Shown in pieces: positions 55,076 to 64,000 of a stretch of 64,000 bases of DNA. The translations under genes and the position numbers were made by a program. Numbering within the stretch: the stretch's first letter is position 1; each line of letters starts with the position of its first letter. Source of the stretch: Octopus sinensis (Eukaryota); the NCBI RefSeq assembly GCF_006345805.1, contig NC_042998.1, positions 115,754,001-115,818,000 on the forward strand, given 5' to 3'. Below the pieces are notes generated by a model. It was not told the origin of the DNA and searched no databases. It saw only the letters and a list, made by a program, of their open reading frames with translations.

Positions 55076-55119
55076 TTATATATATATATATGAGTGTATA
55101 TATATATATATATATATGA

Positions 55120-55162
<43 letters not shown>

Positions 55163-55164
55163 TG

Positions 55165-55198
<34 letters not shown>

Positions 55199-55300
55199 AT
55201 ATATATATATATATATACTCATATATATACATATGTACACTCATATATATATATGTGTGTGTATGTGTGTGTATGTGTGTGTGTGTGTGTGTCTATATAT

Positions 55301-55425
55301 AGGCGCAGGAGTTGCTGTATGATAAGTAGCTTGCTTACCAACCACATGTTCCTGGGTTCAGTCGCATACACATTAGGCAAGTGTCTGCTACTATAGCCTC
55401 GCGCCGACCAAAGCCTTGTGAGTGA
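55301..55425 (+). mobile_element. SINE family B head
   Basis: aggcgcaggagttgctgtatgataagtagcttgcttaccaaccacatg..ccgaccaaagccttgtgagtg. Confidence 0.85.
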
Positions 55426-55440
55426 TATATATATATATAT

Positions 55441-55473
<33 letters not shown>

Positions 55474-55484
55474 TATATATATAT

Positions 55485-55865
55485 TTTATTCTTTTATTTG
55501 TTTCAGACATTTGACTGTGGCCATGCTGGAGCACCGCCCTTAGTCGAACACATCGTCCCCAGGACTTACATATCCTTCTACATATCCTATCGGTCTCTTT
55601 TGCCAAACCGCCAAGTTACGGGGACTATACACACAAACATCGGTTGTCAAGCGACGGTAGTGGTGGGGAAAACACACACACACACACGCACAGATATATA
55701 TATATATATGTAGAACGAGCTTCTTTCAGTTTCCGTCTACCAAATCCACTCACAAAGTTTAAGTCGGATCGAGGCTATAGCAGAAGACACTTGCCCAAGG
55801 TGCCAAGGAGTGAGACTGAACCCGGAACCATGTGGCTGGTAAGCAAGCTATTTACCACACATGCC
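55485..55865 (-). mobile_element. SINE family B, near full length
   Basis: Tail tttcagacatttgactgtggccatgctggagcaccgcc and head gacacttgcccaaggtgcca..ctgaacccggaaccatgtgg. Confidence 0.88.
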
Positions 55866-58800
55866 ATACATACATACACGCATACACAGGAAAGACACAC
55901 GCACACACATATACACATCCCAAACACGTATTTATCTGTGATTAAAACTCACCATCGTTAATGCCACTACTTTTGGACCGATATGCTGCGCGTTTATTTG
56001 TTCTGCAAGTACCAGCTGTACGCTTGGGTATAATCATTTTCTTGGCCAGAGTCTAGCATTTCAGATCGACTACTCTAAAATAACAATGAAGATCAGTCCA
56101 ATTACATTTCATTCACTGATTAATCAACAAATTTGAGAATTATTTCGCCATATAGAATGAACTGAAGTACACTCCAAAAACAACTAGATATTTTCTTCTA
56201 CTTTAAACTCAACTCCACAGTAACATAAATGTCACCGAATCTAACGGATTATCTGTTCACTTCGTTATCCCAACGACCTGCAAACATCTACATACTTCAC
56301 AATGCCACCACCTCTCAGACGCCATGCGTTTTAAGTCAGCTAGGTCTATACTATCTTACCCTTCTGGAGCTTTCCTTGGTCTATGCTAACTTATCTTTTT
56401 CAATTCCCACCCATATAAACAACTAAGGTTTGTATATGAAACATTCATAGGCCATGGAACTCACACGTACACCATGTAGTTGACTCGTAGTTGTGCGGCA
56501 GTGCTCAAGAAAATCTCATGAGTTACAGATCTTAAACAAAAACAGTTACTCTTACAAACTAGGCGGCTCTTAAAGAACTCTAAACCTTCATAAATTTAAT
56601 AACGCAACATCAACAAAAGCTTGCCTCCATGTATAGAACATGATTCTTCTGTCAAAAGAGCACGCCTACGGGTTCCATCCAACATTTTTCACCTGATTTG
56701 TATGTCGTGGAGTGTGATAGTAGAGTTGTTCTTTTCCTTACTACACTCTATCGAATCTGGAGCATTATCAGTGTCTGGTACTGTATCTCACAATATACCT
56801 TTTAATCACCAATCGGTCAAAGCTGACGCCATTGACGATGAAAATAAATTAACATAAATTATATTCAAAGTGAATAAACGCTATACAGAATAGATTAACT
56901 ATTTACAGCTCTGATAGACTGGATATATTTTACTGAATATAAATTTAGAAAAATGAAATAAAGTGAAAATATACTCCGGAAAAAGAAGTACCGAATATAA
57001 TCAACTGATTTAAAGAACCTAACCAAACGAATAACGCATGCGTACCTTGTTGCAAAAAGAAGAGTGGCTGGGTGCATTTCGAACGATTGCTGGCGATCAC
57101 CGCAGAACGTCACACGAGCACGCACCTAGCCACCTACCTACCTAGCCACCTACCTACCTACCGACCTTCCTACCTACCTACCTACCTACCTACCTGTCTG
57201 CATACATACATACAAACATATATACCTATGTATGTGTGTATGTGTGTGTGTGAATATATATGTGTGTATATTTATGCATATATGAATACACATGCATAAA
57301 TTTTCATATATATATAAGCATATACACATATATAGATACACACACACACACATACACACAAACACACACTCACTCACGCACACACATAGAGGCCAATGGA
57401 AGCAAGAAAATGATATACTACACACACAAGCGTATTGGATTCTTTTAGTTGTTTTAGTTCTAAAAACAACAAAGCAAATAATGATTATAATGATGTATAA
57501 ACTGTTTAATTTAAAACTTCCAAAATTACACTCCACCACCGAAAACCACCGCCACCACTAACGCTATTGCCGCCGCCACCACCACCACCACCACCACCAC
57601 CACCACCATTGCCATTACCATCACCAAAATAGTCTGAAAATGAAATGTAATCAGAAAAGCAATAACAGTAAATAAATAAAAGCAAAACGAACCAAATGAA
57701 TATACATTATTATACCTCTGAAAGTATTTCGGATAAATTTACGATATGTTAAATTCAAATAGACATTACGTCGCTTGGGGGAAGCATTGAAAGATACTTT
57801 TTCTTTTTTTCTCGATGTTTATTTCACTTGGCATGAACGGTTTTCCATTTCCAAAACTACAGTAAAACATTATAATCTCAGTAATAGCAACTCCTGTTTA
57901 GATTACAGAATTTGCCATTTTGAAATTCTAAACTGTAAGGAAATAATGTTGTAAGATGTTCAGTTACTCTGCCTCTCTGAGGCTCTTTCTGTCTCTCAGT
58001 GTATGTCTTTGTCTACGTGTAAAAACATACATACATATATACATATATACATACATACATACATACATACATACATACATACATACATACATACATACAT
58101 ACATACATACATACATACATACTTACATACATACATACATATATAAATAAATACATACATACATACATACATACATACAGTAACTCAGTGCTGAAAAAGT
58201 GTAGAGAACAATATCCGACGTGTCGGCAGCGAGCTCCCCAGGAAGCATTCTCTTGTTGATGACCTCCCATAAAACCCCAAAACAGCCAGACTTAATTACT
58301 TCAAAGAAGACCTGCAGGTGAAACGCTCAGCATAAAAGAAGCGAAATAAAGAAGAAAGAAAAAGAAAAATGGAAGAAGGCTTTGCATGGGTATGTGTCTC
58401 CAAAAACTTTAAAATGATAATAATATCGACATTAAGTGCAGCCTCTTTTGGACTCGTGCTCGCTACATCATATCACACTTCGAAGACTATGCATTTGCAA
58501 TCCAAAGAAAAGGAGATAGCTACGAAATGCCAAATAAATATAAGAAACCATGAAAGTCTTGGAGATTCATGATACAACTGAAAATTGTAAATTATGTCGT
58601 ATTTCTGTGCAACATATTACACGTGACTAGCAGCTGCAGATCGAGCCGGATCAATTGGAGGAGATGAAAGACCTGCTTGAGGACAGATCTCTTATAACCC
58701 TCCCAGTGATAAGTGAGAGATGAAGATGAGATAAGCAACACACACATATATAGGGAGACTGATCACTTAATTCTACTGAAGCTACATTGAGTTCTCTTCA

Positions 58801-59195
58801 ATTTTTCTCAGGGTGAACACTTTGAAATTGTTAAACTCGCTAACATCCGTGGATTCACAAAGAACACTGATCTATTTAACACGAATCGATTAGTTGTACA
58901 GAACAATCGCATCTACGATTCCAAAACGTTTGCTTAACAGAAGCAAGTGTCGTCATCTTATATTTTGTAAACTGTTAAAGCTCTGTAATACTTCATTCTT
59001 CATTGTGTACTTCTAATATACATGCATATAAGTATATGTTTGTACACTCACACACACACACACAAATGTATAGTGATGATAATGATTTTTAATATTATTA
59101 TTATTATTATTATTATCATTATTATTATTATTGTTGTTGTTGTTGTTGTTGTGTTATTGTTGTTGCTGTTGTTGTTGTTATCATTATTATCATTA

Positions 59196-59277
<82 letters not shown>

Positions 59278-59589
59278 TTAACTAACAAAGCACAGTTCCT
59301 GAAGTAGATCCAACGGAAATATACCCCGACTGCAGATGACACCAGTTTGCCCAAACTGTGCCAGGGCTCTACTCAACACTTCAACACACTAATCGACATA
59401 CGCCTATTAGTCCAAAATATTAAATATACATACACACACCAGCTCAACTTTATTCATCTTTATTGGTCGAAATAAAACCTATTGTTATTTTCTTGTTTGT
59501 ATTTGTAATTGTTTAACATTGTCTTCGTTTTGTTTTTGTCTTTGCTCTTTTACAAATTCACTTGCTTTCTCCCCCAAAACTTAATACTC

Positions 59590-59850
59590 TTAGCTTAGAT
59601 TTTGGGAGCCAGCCAGAATTGAACAGTCCCAAGTGTAACCGGCTGAAACTGTAAGGATGATCTGGAAACTTGTCTGATGAGAGAAGGCTGCGAATGATGA
59701 GTCCTTGTTTTTTCTTGTCCGTCCTTTTGTTTCTCCTGCCCGTCCTTATATCGTCTATCTGGCATCTGTTGCCTTCTTCTTCCATTTTTTGGATCGGATG
59801 TATCTCCAATGAACACCTCCAAAGGCTTATTGCTTCCCCATCCATACTTA
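59590..59850 (-). mobile_element. Very decayed RLE-LINE (R4-like) remnant
   Basis: PIQKMEEEGNRCQIDDI and QPVTLGT resemble RPDIVV.....C.IIDI and LQK.VLLGT. Confidence 0.3.
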
Positions 59851-59959
59851 GGGATTATCTCCTATGTAATGTATTAATTATGTAGAACACAAAATGATGG
59901 TGTAGTGTATGCAGGTTGAAGGCTATTGTATGTTTATGTGTTCTGTCAAATGCGAGCTT

Positions 59960-62350
59960 TCTTTTCAGGTACATGGCGCTGCTGTCTCCCATCCCAGAGT
60001 CTCGCAGGCACACACCCTCAGATTTGGCACACTTAATGTTGGCACAATGAAAGGTAGGTATGGTGAGATTGTTGAGATGCTTGAACGGAGTTGTGTAGAT
60101 TTGTTCTGCATCCGAGAAGTAAGGCAGAGAGAATGTTCTGCTAGGTTCCACATAGGCAAAGAATATAAGTATAAGATTTTCTGGGCAGGGAACACTGACG
60201 GTGTCGGGGTCGCGGATATACTTTTTGCGGAGAAAAGGCATGATAAGGTAATCGATGTAGTCAGAGTCTGTGATGGAATACTTAAGATTAGATTAGTGCT
60301 GCAGCATGGGTTAGCAACCATTATTATGCCCCTCAGCCAGGGCTACCTGATAAACAGAAAGACCGATTTACAGGGACCTTCTCTTTGTGACTGGCGACAT
60401 CAATGGACAACATAAAGGGGGCTTCTATGGCGTACATGGAGACTATGGGTTTGGTTCCCGCAATGAGGAGGGAACCAGGCTGCTGGTGTTCTGCGTTTCA
60501 AATGATCTTATGGTTTGTAATATTAACTTCAGGAAACCTACCAGTCACCTATTCACCTACCGATCTGGTGGACACTATAGTCAAACTGGTTACATCCTCG
60601 CCGGGAAACGGAAAAGATGGCTACTTATAAATTCCAAAACCTTCCCAGGTGAAGACTGCACCAAACAACATAGATTAGTAGTTAGCGACTTCAGGATCAG
60701 GGCAAAATGGATGCCCAGAAGACGACCAGCATGGAGGAGAAGGGTCTGGAAGCTTAAGAATCCTGTGTATGGACAGAGATTTAGATACGTATTACTCGAA
60801 GCTTTTGACGAAATAGAGGGGCATATAGCATCACATGATGTGGATGACAACTGGAGTTTCCTATAGGAAAACCTGTTGAGGGCTACTGATCAGATCTGTG
60901 GATGGTGCAAGGTCCCCTCTTGACCCAAGGTAACGTGGTGGTAAAACAATGTATTTGACAGAGCCATTAGGGAAAAGATATAGAGATGGAAGGACTGGAA
61001 GAATGGTGGTAGCAGGGAATTGTATCAGATTGCCAGAAGGGAAGCTAGGAGACAGGTCTATTTAGCCAGAGGGGAAGCAGATAAGAAAAAAATTGCCAAT
61101 GTTCTGTTCGTGAGGATCAAAGACTTGAAGTGTTTCGTGTTGCAAGACAGTGTGTGAGAGAGAATCGTGATATCATAGGAGAGAAATGTGTCCGTTTGGA
61201 TGATGGCTAGCTTGCATTTAATGAGGCTACAAAGAGAGAGACTTGGAGACGCCACTATGAAAGGTTGCTAAATGAAGAGAATGAATAGGAGAAAGAGAGT
61301 CTGCTGAATGTCGACCCAACAGAAGGACCAGATATCTGAATTGACAGTACCTTGGTAGATAAAGCAATGAAGGATATGAAGACGGAAAGACCCCGGCCCA
61401 TACGAATCACCGCAGAGATGCTTAAAATATCTGGCAGTGTCGGCTATAGTCTAGTCACCAGTATAGTCAATCAGGTGATACATGAAGGGGTCATACTCAA
61501 GGACTGGTGTAGCAGCACCGTAGTCCACTGCTACAAATGTAAAAGTGATTAATTAGATACGAATAATTATAAAGGTATCAAGTTATTGGATTAGTTAATG
61601 AAGTCATTGCCCAATAAATTAAGGAGAGAGTCAGTTTAGACGAGATGCAGTTTGGGTTAGTGCCAGGGAAAAGCACCACTGATGCTATATTTCTGGTAAG
61701 ACAGCTGCAGGAGAAATACCTAGTCAAAGATAAACCTCTGTACCTGGCTTTCATTGATATCGAGAAAGCTTTTGACAGGGTCCCCCGATCCCTTATCTGG
61801 TGGTCAATGCGGAAACTAGGAATCAATGAGTGGTTAGTGAGAGCTGTAAAAGCCATGTAGAGGGATGCTGTCATTAAGGAGAGGGTTGGCAACGAGTATA
61901 GGCAAGAATTCCGGGTAGTGGTAGGGGTCCACCAACGATCAGTCCTCAGCCCCCTCTTATCTATCATAGTGCTCCAGGCAATAAGGGAGAAATTCAAGAC
62001 AGGATGCCCCTGGGAGCTTCTCAATGCTGATGACCTTGCTCTAATAGCTGAGTCACTATCAGAACTAGAGGAAAAGTTTCAGGTGTAAAAGCAAGGTCTA
62101 GAATCGAAGGGCCTTAGAGTCAGTCTAGCAAAAAAAAAAAAAGTCTTTATAAGTAGGAAAGCAGACAAATCACGAATCACTTCAGTTAGATGGCCCTGCT
62201 CAATCTGTAGAAAAGGCATAGGTAGAAACTCCATAAGATGCACCCAGTGTAAGCTATGGACACATAAGGGGTGCAGCAACATCAAATGAAGATAGTTTTC
62301 GTATGTGGCAAATGCTAAGGGTCAGTAAACACTGAAGATGTGCAGAAAAC
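59960..62350 (+). mobile_element. RTE-clade LINE (APE endonuclease + RT + PHD finger), pseudogenised and 3'-truncated
   Basis: APE: TLRFGTLNVGTMKGR..VDLFCIREVR, GDINGH-like, GFGSRNEEG, QHRLVVSDF. RT: NYKGIKLL, MQFGLVPGKSTTDAIFLVRQLQEKY..FIDIEKAFDRVPR, GVHQRSVLSP, LLNADDL. Many stops and frameshifts. Confidence 0.93.
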
Positions 62351-62351
62351 A

Positions 62352-63461
62352 GATCGACTACTCTCTTCCAAAATTGACGTGTCCGTGACGAAAAGTATTC
62401 CTTCACTACTGTTCTGACCTCGTCTGCAGAGTTTATATTTTTTCCGTCCAAATGATTTTGAAGACTGTGGAATAAATAATAATCAGATGGGGCAATGTCC
62501 GGCGAATATGGTTGGTGGGGTATTGTTTCCTATTCAAACTGCTTCAGCCTTTGGAATGCCATCCTCTCAGTATGTAGCTGAACATTATCCTGATGGAAGG
62601 ATACCTTTCGTCTTGAAACCAAAGATGGTCGTTTTTCTTCTAGCGCTGACTTAAGCTGTCCAAACTGCTTGCAGTAACTCTCCTTTGTTATCGTTTGGCT
62701 TGGGTTTAAAAGTTTAAAGTGGACTAAACCTTTCATATCCGACCATACAAATGACAACACATTACGTGGTTGATGACCTTCTTTAACCTGGAGTGCCAGT
62801 GTTGCTCCTTTCCTTACACACTGTCTTCGGCGCTTGACATTTTTATAGAGAACCCATTTCTTGTCACCAGTCATTATTCGGTCCAATAATGGATCTTTCG
62901 TGAGACGCGCGATTAGACTAGGGAAGTTCGTGAGGAACCCAGTGATCCAATTTGCTGACTTTTTCGATGGCATGCAGGTGTTGATGCATAGTTGAATGTC
63001 CAATATTCTCTGCTAATTTTTCGACAGTTACGATGTGATTTTGTTCCACAGGGGTTTGCAAGACGTCCTCGTGGAGCTCTACAGATCATCCAGGACGAGA
63101 CCCGTCTCCTAGTCTGTAGTTTCCGGCTCAGAATTTCTGAAACCACCGTTGACACTGGCTTACGCTTATTATACGATCCTCATATACTGCATTAATATCC
63201 CTCGCACATTCCGTTGTGTTGTTGCCTTTATTGAACTCCTAAAGTAAAATATACCGAATATGCCCCTTTGTCACTTCTATCATAACTTTGAAAAAATAAC
63301 TGTTAAAATCGAACAGCACCTGTCAAATCTTGCACTAAGAATAAGTACAAGTTAAAATTACCACTAGCTTTTACAAGTTGATGCAGGTAGTTTATCCTGT
63401 CCCATTACGACTTTTAGTTCATGCAATTGAAAAACTGCATTGTTTATGGGTTGTCCCAATA
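62352..63461 (-). mobile_element. Mariner (D,D34D) transposon, pseudogenised; 5' TIR present, 3' end lost
   Basis: ATG at 63283: MIEVTKGHIRYILL*EFNKG..QRWFQKF; TGDKKW; HQDN-34 residues-YSPDIAPSDYYLF. TA followed by TIR-like ttgggacaacccataaacaatgcagtttt at 63461-63432. Confidence 0.92.
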
Positions 63462-64000
63462 CACACACACAAACACAAGCACACATATATATAGATACGT
63501 GTGTTTGTGTGTGTGTATGTGCATGTGTATGCAGTATCCTTCTTGCGTAAGACGCGCACACACATGCGCACACGCGCACGCAAATACACACATATGCTGT
63601 AACTCTCTACTCTTGGTGAGTGTTTGGGGTGTAGTTGCAATATACGGTGTGCTTTGGTATTTTTAGACCACTTCCAAGTGTGACAACAATCGAGTACAGA
63701 ATGACCCTGTAAAGGAGAAAAAGCATAGTTGCCATTGGTGATATTTGAACTCAGAGTTCAGTGATTTGGTATGAAAACCGCAAAGTAATATATCCGAAGC
63801 TCTAAACGACTCATCCAATTTATCATGTGAGTGATTGTATGTGTGTATGTGTGTGCGTAAACATTTATCCACTCGTGCATACATTCACATATGCAAGACA
63901 CATACTTTTAGGCATTGACATAGAAACAAATAAAGGCTGAGGAATGTCGTAGTGGAGTGGAAGTTGGGTTAGGATTGTGGTTGGTAAGAAAAGAGTGTGG

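Overview
AT-rich, microsatellite-saturated eukaryotic DNA with no prokaryotic features. The SINE, LINE and microsatellite repertoire looks like an octopus/coleoid cephalopod genome (inferred by recognition, not by a database search). Nearly all ORFs in the supplied track are translations of (CA)n, (TA)n, (TAA)n or (TATG)n repeats. Recognisable content: (i) decayed retroelements: R4/Dong-type RLE LINEs in (TACA)n and (TAA)n tracts, an RTE LINE with a PHD finger after the RT core, an L1/Tx1 fragment, and two Penelope-like (PLE) GIY-YIG relics; (ii) a D,D34D mariner, non-autonomous Helitrons and a MITE; (iii) many tRNA-derived SINEs; (iv) three short, phase-compatible minus-strand exons missed by the ORF track (42404-42300, 16067-16040, 2480-2400), suggesting the 5' end of a large-intron host gene. 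The most notable signal is a set of hammerhead-ribozyme (HHR) motifs: a tRNA-headed SINE carrying a PLE-type minimal HHR (7338-7710), a ~440-bp palindrome with two outward-facing HHRs (25751-26194), and a solitary type III-like HHR fold (3493-3568). All structures and alignments were read by eye and need computational and experimental confirmation.
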